DNA of 64,000 nt from Planctomycetota bacterium (GTDB lineage Bacteria; Planctomycetota; SZUA-567; H5-PLA8). The translations under genes and the position numbers were made by a program. The notes under the pieces are model-generated. The model was not told where the DNA came from. It worked only from the letters and a program-made list of their open reading frames with translations, and did no database searches. Of the stretch, positions 28,718-38,919 are shown in pieces (the stretch's first letter is position 1; each line of letters opens with the position of its first letter). The DNA is taken from positions 96,001 to 160,000 of the forward strand of contig JBBRPR010000006.1 of assembly GCA_038227875.1 (NCBI GenBank), read 5' to 3'.

Positions 28718-29000
28718 GTACACTGACAACCTGACGTGTCACTCGGATCAGGCGAGTGGCATCGGTCCAACACCTCCGCTCTCGTCTTGCTCCGTGGAGT
28801 TGAGTGCCATGCGTCTGAGGCCCTTTTCAGACGCGTGCGTTGCCCGTCGCCTTTCAAGCCACCACGAATTACGCCGTACCGCGCATCTCCAGCTCTTCAT
28901 CACACCAAAGGTGTGAAATGTGAAAGCCCGGGGCAACGCCCCAGGAACAGAACGCCCATTACCGTACAAGGGCTGAAAGCCCGAACTATCAAACGGACCT

Positions 29001-29693
29001 TCATCGCACAGGTCGGGTGTGATCACGCGCGCATCCCGCCTCATCCAAGCTCTGCGTAAGACTCAAGAAAATAGAGCGCATCGTTTTTGCGACTATTGCG
29101 CAATCAGGCTTTTGATCTGCAATTGGATAGCAAAAAAATACGTTATTACGAATAAATGAGGTGCGCGAAGGACCTTGTGAGGTGTGCAGCCTGGTACAGA
29201 ACGACTCACCGTTTGCTCCCTCTATAAAATGAATCAAAAAAGTGATATACGTGTGGACTCTAGTCTCCATGTCCTCCGGCCACATCGCACTCTCTGCCTC
29301 GCAGGATTGCAATTTTTCGAAAATACCGAGAAGATATTTTTTATTACGAATTTTGGCGTCCGCAGTAAATTTGCGCAGCAGAACTTTCCAACATTTTCTT
29401 GAACCGCGAATCACTGCTTTTCGCGCCTTGTCCACAAAAACAATTGGAACTTCTTTCCACATTGGCAGGATCTTATTCGGATACGTTCCGCAAACGGTAA
29501 AGGGTTGAATGTCGGGTATACACTTACTTCGCCAAACCCTTTCCAAGCAATTGGGAGCCGGGTTGAATGTAGATTCCCACATGCCCATCATGGTATATAG
29601 ATATAACTCTAGGTGACGCGGATCGCCGTATAAGTGAGATTTTTCAAATGCGTATCCAATCCTGTATTCAAGCCATTTGCGAATTCTACTCAT
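29001..29693 (-). CDS. Hypothetical protein (AT-richer island)
   Basis: ~230-aa ORF, GGAG upstream, no recognised motif. Confidence 0.55.
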   Translation of the reverse strand: MSRIRKWLEYRIGYAFEKSHLYGDPRHLELYLYTMMGMWESTFNPAPNCLERVWRSKCIPDIQPFTVCGTYPNKILPMWKEVPIVFVDKARKAVIRGSRKCWKVLLRKFTADAKIRNKKYLLGIFEKLQSCEAESAMWPEDMETRVHTYITFLIHFIEGANGESFCTRLHTSQGPSRTSFIRNNVFFCYPIADQKPDCAIVAKTMRSIFLSLTQSLDEAGCARDHTRPVR

Positions 29694-29787
29694 TTCGCTC
29701 CCCCCAATCAATTGCTACGGGATCTGCTCAGAAAGCATTGACCATGGCGGCAACGGTTCCTTTCGGCATTCCATGACCGTCTTCCAT

Positions 29788-30414
29788 TCAACCAAATGGG
29801 CAATCGTCCCAGCTATGAACAATGGTTTTGTCCCTGCGCAAGAACGATGACCGTAGTAGCCCTTTGCTTTTCAACTCCTCGAATACTTCATGATACCGTT
29901 TCTCGAACGCGTTCCATTCTGAAAACTCTTCTTGATTCCAGTTCCATGGATAGTTGTTCTGCCATGAAAGTTTCCCTGCGCCTCCAAACCAATTAGCAAT
30001 CAGCGGCCTCTTCCATTTTTCCTTATGAACGGAGTTCAGAACCTGTTTTATTTCATCAGACGCGGGAGTTTCATCAGGGACAAACGATATCAAGTGTTGG
30101 CTGTCAATGGGCGAGTCGAGATGGATTCGTCCGCATTCAGAACATTGATACATGCTTCTTTGGGCTTTCCCAATTACGAAAGAGATCATGTCTCTTGGGA
30201 GTAGCGGTCGGATTTCTCCGAAATGCAATTTGATCCATTCCGAAACGACGATACGGAATTCCTCACCCTCTTTAGCTGCGATCAGGCGATCTACATAATG
30301 TTGAATTTCATTAACAACATCGTAGTAATCCATATCGGGTATAAAGTGGGCCTTGCCCGGAATAAAATCCGTAGTGTCCGAGATGGAATTTTCGCATTTG
30401 CATCCGAAATGCAT
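29788..30414 (-). CDS. Hypothetical protein with split Zn-ribbon (CxC...CxxC)
   Basis: MHFGCKCENSISDTTD...MYQCSECGRI; AAGGA upstream. Confidence 0.7.
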   Translation of the reverse strand: MHFGCKCENSISDTTDFIPGKAHFIPDMDYYDVVNEIQHYVDRLIAAKEGEEFRIVVSEWIKLHFGEIRPLLPRDMISFVIGKAQRSMYQCSECGRIHLDSPIDSQHLISFVPDETPASDEIKQVLNSVHKEKWKRPLIANWFGGAGKLSWQNNYPWNWNQEEFSEWNAFEKRYHEVFEELKSKGLLRSSFLRRDKTIVHSWDDCPFG

Positions 30415-30549
30415 CAGTTCAATCCTTTCAATTCGTCAGTTTGGTTGGAAGTGAAGCTCTTGAGCTTCCCATAAAATAGACGGGTAAAACCCGCCGTATT
30501 CGCAATGGCAATGGGATGACCAGCGCGAGATCCCGATTGACTTCAACCA

Positions 30550-31401
30550 TCAAGAGGAATCAATCGGAGACTTTTTGGCGAGGAAGTGCTTGAATCGTTC
30601 TGCGATCTCCTCGGCAAGATACCACGCCATCCAGTGCTCTCCGCCAGGTACGATCTGCAGACTTGAGCCCGGAACGAGACGATGCAACTTCTCTGCGTGC
30701 GACACAGGGAAGTGCTTGTCGTTCGCGCCCCACAAGACCAGAAGCGGAGTGGTAATTTCCGCATACATCTCCGGCAGTTTGGGCAGCGTGCCCTGGTATC
30801 CGGCGCACATGCGAATGATGAATTTCCGGACGGGCGCGGCGTTGAAGCTTGCCCACATATCCGCGCGAAGGTCGGCGGGCAGCTGTATCCCGACGGGGAC
30901 AAACGTTCGCTCCGCACGCCGAAAGATGGTGCCAGGAAAATGCCGCAAGGCGAAACGATTGAACCCGAACTTTCGCAGCAGCGCAATTTCCCAGGACGTC
31001 TGTTCGTTCCACATCACCAGTGAATTCATCACTACCGTTCGCAACACACGCGCGGGATTCCGCGCCGCAAAGGCCAGAGCGGGCTGGCCGCCCATGTCCA
31101 TTCCCGCAATATGAGCGCGTTCAAGTTTCCAGGCATCCATAAGCGCAAGCAATCTGTCAGCCATGTGCATGGGTGTCGTACCTCCGGGCCATTCGTCGCT
31201 GTAGCCCATTCCCGGCCAGTCGAAGGCGATGACGCGAAAGTTCTTCGCCAGCCGCATGGCCAGTTCGCACCAGATCTGCAGGTTGTCCGGATAGCCGTGC
31301 AGTAAAATCAGCGGCTCGCCAGCACCAAGCCTGGCCACCCGCACGCGTCGTCCGCCGCCTAATTCTTCCAGGGACGTCTCAAGCACGCGCGAAATCCTCA
31401 T
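30550..31401 (-). CDS. Alpha/beta hydrolase, epoxide hydrolase/dehalogenase-like
   Basis: LLHGYP, DWPGMGYS, nucleophile elbow GMDMGG (Asp), WGAND, GGEHW. Confidence 0.88.
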   Translation of the reverse strand: MRISRVLETSLEELGGGRRVRVARLGAGEPLILLHGYPDNLQIWCELAMRLAKNFRVIAFDWPGMGYSDEWPGGTTPMHMADRLLALMDAWKLERAHIAGMDMGGQPALAFAARNPARVLRTVVMNSLVMWNEQTSWEIALLRKFGFNRFALRHFPGTIFRRAERTFVPVGIQLPADLRADMWASFNAAPVRKFIIRMCAGYQGTLPKLPEMYAEITTPLLVLWGANDKHFPVSHAEKLHRLVPGSSLQIVPGGEHWMAWYLAEEIAERFKHFLAKKSPIDSS

Positions 31402-32794
31402 GAACCTGCGCCGCACAGAGCGCGCCCGACATCGCGCAGAAGCTCACCCATTGACCGGGGTGAGTCGAACTGCCGGCCAGATACAAACCCCGAAGGTGCG
31501 GACTGCGATGCGCGAACCTGCCCGCGCGCATGAAACTTGCAGTCATCACGGGATTCATGCTGTTGCGATACAGGTTGAACTCCGCGCCCCACTGCGCGGG
31601 AATGCGCGAGCCCAGCAGACGGTACTCAAGCCCATCATTGCGCCACCACTCTTCAGCGACGATACGCGCCAGAAATTCGCGCTGCCCATTTTCCCCGAGT
31701 GCTTCGGCTTCCGCGTGGCGCATGGGCGCCAACAATCGCGCCGGATGCCAGCCGTCTTGTTCCAGCTCCGGTGCCATTACAGATGGTAGAATCAGCAGGC
31801 GGCAGAGCTCCCCGTCGCCGGGAAGAGTAAAGCGCAAATACGGTTTCTGAATTGTTCCGCGTATCGCCAGATACGCGCACACGCCGGGCGACTGAAGGGG
31901 TAGTGCTTTGAGCCTTTCGAGACTTCTCGGCGGCAGATCCTTGACCAGGTCGAGGTAGGTTCCAATTCCGCTGTGATTGGAGATGATGGCGTCGGCTGTC
32001 AACGACTCACCGCTGGCCAATTCAACCCGGTTCGCGCGGCCGTCTTCGCAGCAAATGCTTTTCACGATCGCATTCAGGCGAATCTTGACGCCCGTCTTTG
32101 CGGCGATACCCGACAAAACCCGAGGTACTTGGGCGATGCCACCCGCCGGGTAGAACGCTCCCGCGGTATGAATCAGCGCGGGCACGAACGCCAGAGGGCT
32201 GGGAGCTTCGGCGATGCTCTGCCCGGCAACGTGAGTCCAGATTCCAATGGCATTCACCAGCGGGGCCGGAAGTCCCGTGGCCGCAAGTACGCTACTCAAG
32301 GATCGGAGCAAAAATGGCGCGGCGAACACTGCGCGGGCTTTGACCAATTCCGCCAGGCCCGGCCGGGAAACATGCAGCATCGGTTCGAGTTGTCGATAGA
32401 CGCGCGCGGTATGTTCGATGAAATCGAGGTAGCGTCTCGCGCTTCCGGGCCAGAGCGCCTCGAAGCCCGCAGCCGTCCGTTCCTTGTCTGCGAAAAACTG
32501 GATCAGCTTTCCGTCCGCCGTGGCGACTTGATAGACGTTATCGATGCGGCGCAGTTCGATGAGCTTGTCCAGCTCGAGTCCGAGCTGTGTAAACGCCCAC
32601 TCCAGGCCGGGCCGATCCAGAAGAATGTAAGGTCCCGCGTCGAATGCCATCCCATCGAAAATATGACCCGACGCCAGTCCGCCGGTATCGGCACGCGCTT
32701 CAAGCACCTCTACATCGTAGCCGGTTTGAGCGAGCTTGATGGCCGCAGTGAGGCCGCCCATGCCAGCGCCGACAATGAGGACTCGCTTCATCAT
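31379..32794 (-). CDS. FAD-dependent oxidoreductase, phytoene desaturase (CrtI)-like
   Basis: IVGAGMGGL, LEAR..TGG, FDAGP, YPAGG, LYLAGSSTHPG. Confidence 0.85.
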   Translation of the reverse strand: MMKRVLIVGAGMGGLTAAIKLAQTGYDVEVLEARADTGGLASGHIFDGMAFDAGPYILLDRPGLEWAFTQLGLELDKLIELRRIDNVYQVATADGKLIQFFADKERTAAGFEALWPGSARRYLDFIEHTARVYRQLEPMLHVSRPGLAELVKARAVFAAPFLLRSLSSVLAATGLPAPLVNAIGIWTHVAGQSIAEAPSPLAFVPALIHTAGAFYPAGGIAQVPRVLSGIAAKTGVKIRLNAIVKSICCEDGRANRVELASGESLTADAIISNHSGIGTYLDLVKDLPPRSLERLKALPLQSPGVCAYLAIRGTIQKPYLRFTLPGDGELCRLLILPSVMAPELEQDGWHPARLLAPMRHAEAEALGENGQREFLARIVAEEWWRNDGLEYRLLGSRIPAQWGAEFNLYRNSMNPVMTASFMRAGRFAHRSPHLRGLYLAGSSTHPGQWVSFCAMSGALCAAQVHEDFARA

Positions 32795-34650
32795 TTGCTA
32801 TGCCGCAGTCCCAGTAGAACCCGGATGCTCCAGCGGCTTATGCGCAGAGAAGCTTTTTCGCGTTGCAGCGGCGGGAACGCCTCTTCATCCATCTCCGGGA
32901 CGAAGAGTGCGCCGCGGCCGCTGCCCAGGACGTACACCGGAAATGCAAACAGGCTGAGTAACGTCGAAAGTTCGCTGTAATAGGGGCCGCGCCAGCCGGT
33001 GACGGGTTCGTCAATCCCAACGACGTTGACTTCCCGGCTGAAGTCGCCGAACCAGTGACACGCCGCACGCAGCACGCTGGAATCGCGCGGATCTTTAATG
33101 CCCATGTGGCGGGCAGCGACCTGGTCGACAGCCAGCGCGTCGGCTCCCGCATAAATTCGCAAGGGGTGTTTCGGCCGTGGGCAGCCCATCACGCCGATCA
33201 GTCCGTCGGGCGCATTCTCGTAGGCGTCCAGCAGCGCGAAATGGGGCTGGAACTCATCGATCAGCATCATCACTGCCGTTTCGCGATGCGCTTGCCGCTC
33301 GACAAAGATGAACTCATCGCAGCGTGCGCCAATCCATTCCAGATTTCCCACCGTCAGCAGCGCAATCTCGATGGGATGGCTGCGCATTTTACTGAACGAA
33401 ATCCGGAAGTCGGCATCCTTCCACGTGCGCGCGACCGTGTACTGCCCCATGCCGCGAAAATACGAGTGTTCGACCTGCTCTTCAGAAGCGTCGACGATGC
33501 GAAAGTGCGGCGATTGTATGCCCAGATACCGGGCCACATTTCCCACCGAACGATTCGCGTAAAACCGATCGTAAATATTCCGCCCTTCAATGACCGCGAC
33601 GTCCGCGCAGCCGCGCTCCGCCAGAAACGCACCCAGTTCGTCCAGCAGATCCGGATCGGTCATGGTCGAGCGGTCTTTGCGATGATAGCCGAGCATGAAC
33701 GTCGCCTTGATCGCTACCCGGAGCCCGTTGATTTCCTTTCCGGTTTCCCGAGCGCGTTCGCGCAACTGTTCTTCAAAACCACACTCCTCCAGCAGTCTGC
33801 GAAAGACCACGCGTTTTTCGGAAGCCGTCTTCCCCGCGGCGACGTGAACGTCCCCACCGCTCCCGAGTTTGTTCAGAGAAGAGCGCATCTTGCGCCGGCT
33901 GCGCGGCAGGAAGTATTCACCCACCTCGCCAATCCTGGCCGCAAGCGAATCGGCACTTTCTCCAGGCGCCAGGCGATCCTGCGCATCGAGCGCATCGGCC
34001 AGGATCTGAAAAATCCGGCAGTGCCGGTCCTCATCGCTCTTCACCCGCCGAAAGTCATCGACCAGATTTGGCGGAAGGTCTTTCTGTGTTCCGGCCATTT
34101 CGATGATGCGGCCCCAGCAAAGTTCAGCCGTCTTTTCCGCATCGACGTTGAAAAGGCAGAACTCGCGAAAGGGTCGGTAGCGCAGATGTTCACGCACATC
34201 CTTGGGAATCTGTCCCGAAATAATTCCGGCCCACGTCACCAGAGTTGCGATGAAGCGCGAAAACGGAGCCTGCCGCCAATGGACATGCTGGCGAACCGAA
34301 CTGGCCCAGCCGCCGATCGCGCCGGCCATTTGCCGGACAAAGGCGCGGAATGAAAGCAGCGAGTCTCCCATTTTCAAAATCGCGCCGCGGATGTAAATGG
34401 CGTGCATCTCTTCATCCTTCCACGCCCAGACCAGAGCATGATGGATGAGTTCACGTACGGGCGCGTCGATGGGCATCCTGTCGAGACGCTGCACCATCAT
34501 GTCCTCACGGTATCCGACGGATACAAGCTCTTCGCGTTCAAGCGCCATAAGGTAAAGACTAAGCAGTTCGCGACGCGGATTGTCGGCGCACTTCAAAGCC
34601 AGACTCTTTAATTCGCGTTGGAACTCTTCGTAGACGCCGCCCATTAGCAT
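32791..34650 (-). CDS. Ferritin-like diiron domain fused to DUF362 domain
   Basis: EREE..DEEMH..DAEKTA..DEDRH; then VAIK, TDP, DADFRISFSKMRSH, LLDAY, GADALAVD. Confidence 0.75.
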   Translation of the reverse strand: MLMGGVYEEFQRELKSLALKCADNPRRELLSLYLMALEREELVSVGYREDMMVQRLDRMPIDAPVRELIHHALVWAWKDEEMHAIYIRGAILKMGDSLLSFRAFVRQMAGAIGGWASSVRQHVHWRQAPFSRFIATLVTWAGIISGQIPKDVREHLRYRPFREFCLFNVDAEKTAELCWGRIIEMAGTQKDLPPNLVDDFRRVKSDEDRHCRIFQILADALDAQDRLAPGESADSLAARIGEVGEYFLPRSRRKMRSSLNKLGSGGDVHVAAGKTASEKRVVFRRLLEECGFEEQLRERARETGKEINGLRVAIKATFMLGYHRKDRSTMTDPDLLDELGAFLAERGCADVAVIEGRNIYDRFYANRSVGNVARYLGIQSPHFRIVDASEEQVEHSYFRGMGQYTVARTWKDADFRISFSKMRSHPIEIALLTVGNLEWIGARCDEFIFVERQAHRETAVMMLIDEFQPHFALLDAYENAPDGLIGVMGCPRPKHPLRIYAGADALAVDQVAARHMGIKDPRDSSVLRAACHWFGDFSREVNVVGIDEPVTGWRGPYYSELSTLLSLFAFPVYVLGSGRGALFVPEMDEEAFPPLQREKASLRISRWSIRVLLGLRHSK

Positions 34651-34842
34651 TCTCTATTGAGATAGATCGGCGATTGTGTCGGCAGCAGACGTATCCGTCA
34701 AAGCGATTGCAGGTTATTCCTCAACCGCATCAACTCCCCCGGCCGTTCTTTGCGTGCTTTGCGGCTTGGCGCCTTTGCGCGAGAAAACAAGAGTCCGCGC
34801 ACGCTCCACATTTCAAAACGCCCCACCATGTGCGCCCCATGC

Positions 34843-35254
34843 ACATCTTGTATTATAAAATCTTTTTTACTATTTTTACATAAAATACTTGACTTTTGCA
34901 TTTCTCAACCGCTTATATACTATAGAGAAATCCATATTCGCGGCTACCGTATCGATCGTCCCGAAACTCCAAGCGCACGACGCAGCCGCTTTCAGGCATG
35001 CCCCACATTCGCGTCCCAGCAGCCTATAAACGCCTCCAGGACCGCAAGCCGAGCAAAGACCCCGATGACAGCCCAGATCACCCACAGCCCCACAGAACGA
35101 AAATGCAGCGGCATGGACCCGCCCCCTGCAAATCCCTTGGGCCAGCCGCACCGAGTGCACTGCTGAACATCACGTGTTATAAAATCTTTTTTACTAAATT
35201 CGAAGAAAACACTTGACTTTTAGGTTCAACGACTGCTTAATACTATAGGAAATT
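34843..35254. repeat. Two ~90-bp AT-rich direct repeats (34843-34931, 35167-35254)
   Basis: Identical TTATAAAATCTTTTTTACTA at 34853 and 35177; ACTTGACTTTT at 34887 and 35211; TACTATAG at 34918 and 35241. Confidence 0.85.
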
Positions 35255-35707
35255 ATGCACCGCTCCGTTCGTTCAGTCCCAATCCTTCGTTCGCCCCACT
35301 CAAAGCTTAAACGCGTGACGTTCAATCCAGCCCATCCCCGTCATCTCGCAACCCGTGGAGACACACCCCCAATGAACCACTCCCGTCATCGCCTCAGCGC
35401 CCACCACTCCAATCCGCAATCCGAAATCCGCAATCCGCAATGCTGTTTGCAGTGCCGTTCCCCCGCGCATAGCAGGCCCCCATGAAGAAGCCCCCGCCCG
35501 TGTAACATTCTGTCGCATTCCGTAACATTCCACCTAAGGAGGACGATCCCCCGAATCCCGATTCCCCAATCCCGATCCCGCCGTACAATCCGCAACGCCG
35601 TACCATTACCGGGACACCCGCAAACACTCCCGCACTTGTCCGCCTTGAGACGTATACGTACTAATTGCACGGCCTGTCCAGTTCGATCTATACAAGGAGC
35701 CCACCCC

Positions 35708-37960
35708 ATGAACCGACTCATCCTGATCGCCACTCTGGCCACGTGTTTCGCTGCCGCCGGACAGGATGCCGCTCCACTCGGCTCGACGACGTACGCGCCT
35801 TCGCCGGAGCACCCCGTCGGCTGGCGCGGCGATGGCACGGGCCGCTACCCCGCAGCGACGCCGCCGCTCACCTGGAGCCGCCGCGTGCAGGGCTTCACCT
35901 CAGAGCTGAAATACCAGGCCGCCAAGCCCGCGGCCGGAGCGCCCGGGCCCGACGCGAAGCCGCTGGAGTACTTCACACTCAAGGACTGGCTCATCGCCGG
36001 TCCCTTCAACGCGCCCGATCCGGCCAAGGACATCGAGACGGATTTTCTCAAAGGCGAAGCCGCCATCGAACCCAACACCGGCGACAAGGCCGGCGACGCC
36101 GCTTGGAAGATGATTCACCTCGGCATGGACAACCAGAGCAACCATGCGCACAACGGCGGCATCTGCCGGAATCTCAATCTCGACTTCGTCTCCTTCTTCG
36201 CGACGATCTCGCGCGTTAAAGACGCCAAAGACCCGACCAACATCCACACCAAGTACGAAGGCGATCTCGCCAACAAATGCGCGTACGCACACACGTACGT
36301 CTATTCCCCAGCCGCCGGAGACGCGATGCTGACCGTCGGCTACGCCGGCGCCGCCGCGAGGGCCTGGCTGAATGGCAAACCGCTGACGTTCGAGAACAAC
36401 AAGAGCGTCAAAGTCGATCTGGCTCAGGGCTGGAACCGCCTGCTGCTCAAACTCTCCAACAGCACCGCGCTGGTCAGTTCCAGCGGTGCGTCCAACATGA
36501 GCACCTGGCGCCTCTTCGCCTACATCACGCCCTCCAAACCGGCGACGTACGAATCCAAAAACATCGCCTGGATGACCCGCGTCACCGGGCGGAGCATGTC
36601 CAATCCGATCGTCGTCGGCGACAGGATCTTCTTCGGCTCCGGCGTCTCCGATCTCACCTGCGTCAACAAGGCCGACGGCAAAGTCCGCTGGCTGCACGCC
36701 TCAACGCCGTGGGACGCGATGACCGCCGAAGAAAAAGCACAGAACAAGGACAAGCTCGAATCGCAGATCTCGCAGCTCGAACAATTCGACACGGAACTCG
36801 TGGCGATGATCAACGCGGGCGTCTCCCCGCAAGGCTTGTCCCTCGCGCAGCAGACGGAACTCGACAAGAAGCTGAAAGCCAAAGCCGACTTCGAACGCAC
36901 GCTTCATAAGACGACGTTCTGGAGCATCGATCCGAAGCGCTACCCGCCGATGACCGGCAACGAAGTCAGCTCCAGCAACGCCACGCCCTGCTCCGACGGC
37001 GCGCGCGTCTACTGGGCTTCCGGCGGCGGAATGAAAGGCCCCGGCGCCAGCGTGGTCTGCTGCTTCGATCTAGACGGCAAGCGGCTCTGGACCTACCACG
37101 AAGCCTTCGGCGCCGCGGAACACGGCCTGCATACGTCGCCGATCCTCGTTGACGGCAAACTGATCTACGCCGCGTACAAGACGCTGATCGCCTTCGACCC
37201 GCCGACCGGCAAGATCCTCTGGCGCACCCCGACTCCCGAATCCGGCGGCGCGTCGCCCCAGGTCGTGAAAGTGGGCAACGAATCGGCCGTCTACGTCGCG
37301 CACATCGGCCGGGTCGTGGGGCTCTACCGCGTCAGCGACGGCGTCCGCATCGCGGCCAACGACATGGGCCTGTTCGGCGACTCCACGCCGATCACCGAAG
37401 GCGGCGTGATCTACGTCGCCGATAAATTCAAGCGCTGGGCCGACAACAATGTCGCTTTCGCAGCGCTCCAGATCCCGACCGCGCCCGGCGAGAAACTGGA
37501 ACTCAAGCAAACCTTCGAGCTGGATTCCGACCAGGTCTACGTGCCGATGCGCGGCATCGCCTACTTCGTCGCCTCATCGCTGTACGTCGACGGACTGGTC
37601 TACTCGCTGGACATGAGCGGGGGCTTGAGCGTCATCGACGTCGCCGCCAAGGCCGGCGTCTACCACCGCTGGCTCGATTGGTACGCGCGCTACGACCGCT
37701 ACCTGTACGGCGCCGTCGCCTGCCCCACCCTCGCCGGGAAGAACATTTTCCTCGTCGACGACGCGGGCTCCACAATCATCATGACGCCCGGCAAGGAGTA
37801 CAAAGAAGTCGCCCGCAACATCATCGAAAACACCTTCCCTGCCAGCGAGTCCGGAAACCCGTGCAGGCAGGAAGCGTTTTACTCATCGCCGGTCTTCGAA
37901 GGCTCGAGCATCTATCTGAAAGGAGAAGAATACCTCTATTGCATCCGCGAAACGAAATGA
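35708..37960 (+). CDS. Secreted PQQ/BamB-like beta-propeller protein with inserted beta-sandwich domain
   Basis: Signal peptide, GWRGDGTG, SNPIVVGDRIF, DGKVRW, ATPCSDG, SPILVDGK, AFYSSPVF; insert DWLIAGPF..LAQGWNRLLLK. Confidence 0.85.
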   Translation: MNRLILIATLATCFAAAGQDAAPLGSTTYAPSPEHPVGWRGDGTGRYPAATPPLTWSRRVQGFTSELKYQAAKPAAGAPGPDAKPLEYFTLKDWLIAGPFNAPDPAKDIETDFLKGEAAIEPNTGDKAGDAAWKMIHLGMDNQSNHAHNGGICRNLNLDFVSFFATISRVKDAKDPTNIHTKYEGDLANKCAYAHTYVYSPAAGDAMLTVGYAGAAARAWLNGKPLTFENNKSVKVDLAQGWNRLLLKLSNSTALVSSSGASNMSTWRLFAYITPSKPATYESKNIAWMTRVTGRSMSNPIVVGDRIFFGSGVSDLTCVNKADGKVRWLHASTPWDAMTAEEKAQNKDKLESQISQLEQFDTELVAMINAGVSPQGLSLAQQTELDKKLKAKADFERTLHKTTFWSIDPKRYPPMTGNEVSSSNATPCSDGARVYWASGGGMKGPGASVVCCFDLDGKRLWTYHEAFGAAEHGLHTSPILVDGKLIYAAYKTLIAFDPPTGKILWRTPTPESGGASPQVVKVGNESAVYVAHIGRVVGLYRVSDGVRIAANDMGLFGDSTPITEGGVIYVADKFKRWADNNVAFAALQIPTAPGEKLELKQTFELDSDQVYVPMRGIAYFVASSLYVDGLVYSLDMSGGLSVIDVAAKAGVYHRWLDWYARYDRYLYGAVACPTLAGKNIFLVDDAGSTIIMTPGKEYKEVARNIIENTFPASESGNPCRQEAFYSSPVFEGSSIYLKGEEYLYCIRETK

Positions 37961-38025
37961 CGTACGCGGCATGCGCGAATCAAAGGCAGTTCTGGCGGCT
38001 TCGCGGCTTTGCGTGAGTATAAAAG

Positions 38026-38772
38026 CTACTTCACTTCTTCCTTAACAAGCGCCCCGCAGCAGCGGAACCCAATCTCGCGCCCAGTGACGGTGGTGGCAAA
38101 GCGCAGGCGGTACGTACAGCGCGAGGTCTTCTCCTCGGCATCCGTACTCATCCCACCGCGAACGATGCGCAGGCCCGACGTGTCCGGTCCGGTGGTTGTC
38201 GGAGGCGTGCTTGAAGTCCATTCGTAGACGCCGCCGCTCATGTCGTAAACGCCAAATCCCGAGACACAATTCGTGAACTGCCCCAAACCGTAGTCGTCGT
38301 TGGCGTTGGCACAGGCCTTGGCCGCAAAGCCGTCGCCGTAGGTGTAGTGCGTACCCGACGGACCGCGGCAGGCCTTCTCGAATTCGTATTCCGTGCAGAG
38401 ACGCTTGCCCTTGCTTGAACAGAGGGTGCTGGCTTCCAGCCATGAGACCAGCCGCGTCGGCGCCTCGCCGGGTTGATTCGGCCACTCGAATTTGTCGATG
38501 CAAAACGCCTTAACATTAATGCGCTGCGCTTCTTCCTTGGCGCCATGCTCGGCGTTCTTCTCGTCGGGCGGGCCGTAGAGCATTGGCCCGTTGGGCACCA
38601 GCACCATATTCGGAGGACAGTTGCTGAAGATCGACGACTGCTTCTCGTCATTCTCAGAGACGACAGCGCCACGGGAGCCGAGGTAATCGACTTTCCGCTT
38701 GGAATTCCCCGACGCCGCACAGCCAATCACGGCGCAAACAGACAGGATGGTCAGCACGCGAACTTTAATCAT
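38026..38772 (-). CDS. FGE/sulfatase-modifying-factor (SUMF1/PvdO) domain protein, probable lipoprotein
   Basis: VIGC lipobox-like; VSWLEA..C..GKRLCTEYEFEKACRG; GVYDMSG.VYEW; GFRCC. Confidence 0.88.
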   Translation of the reverse strand: MIKVRVLTILSVCAVIGCAASGNSKRKVDYLGSRGAVVSENDEKQSSIFSNCPPNMVLVPNGPMLYGPPDEKNAEHGAKEEAQRINVKAFCIDKFEWPNQPGEAPTRLVSWLEASTLCSSKGKRLCTEYEFEKACRGPSGTHYTYGDGFAAKACANANDDYGLGQFTNCVSGFGVYDMSGGVYEWTSSTPPTTTGPDTSGLRIVRGGMSTDAEEKTSRCTYRLRFATTVTGREIGFRCCGALVKEEVK

Positions 38773-38903
38773 GGAGAGAGATTGTAAGAAGGTCGAGGAA
38801 CACGGCAAGTGGAACGCCGTCCCCCTTATGAATGGGAGAAGGGAGGATTCCGAAAAACGCAATTTCCGATACCACTGGGCCCCCCGCTGGATATGCTTGG
38901 TCT

Positions 38904-38919
38904 TGGCACATGTGTTGCC
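38904..38919 (+). promoter_or_regulatory. Sigma-54 promoter match upstream of cytochrome c biogenesis operon
   Basis: TGGCACATGTGTTGCC (GG-N10-GC), ~100 nt before ATG 39022. Confidence 0.55.

Noticed and set aside
28720..30540. Integron cassette array
   Set aside because: No clear RYYYAAC...GTTRRRY attC structure seen at gene ends, mixed orientation, no integrase.
31379..32794. Assigning crtI / carotenoid biosynthesis
   Set aside because: Only family-level motifs; no crtB/crtE context in the window.
34843..35254. CRISPR array or oriC
   Set aside because: Only two copies with a ~235-bp gap, no cas genes, no DnaA-box cluster or dnaA seen.
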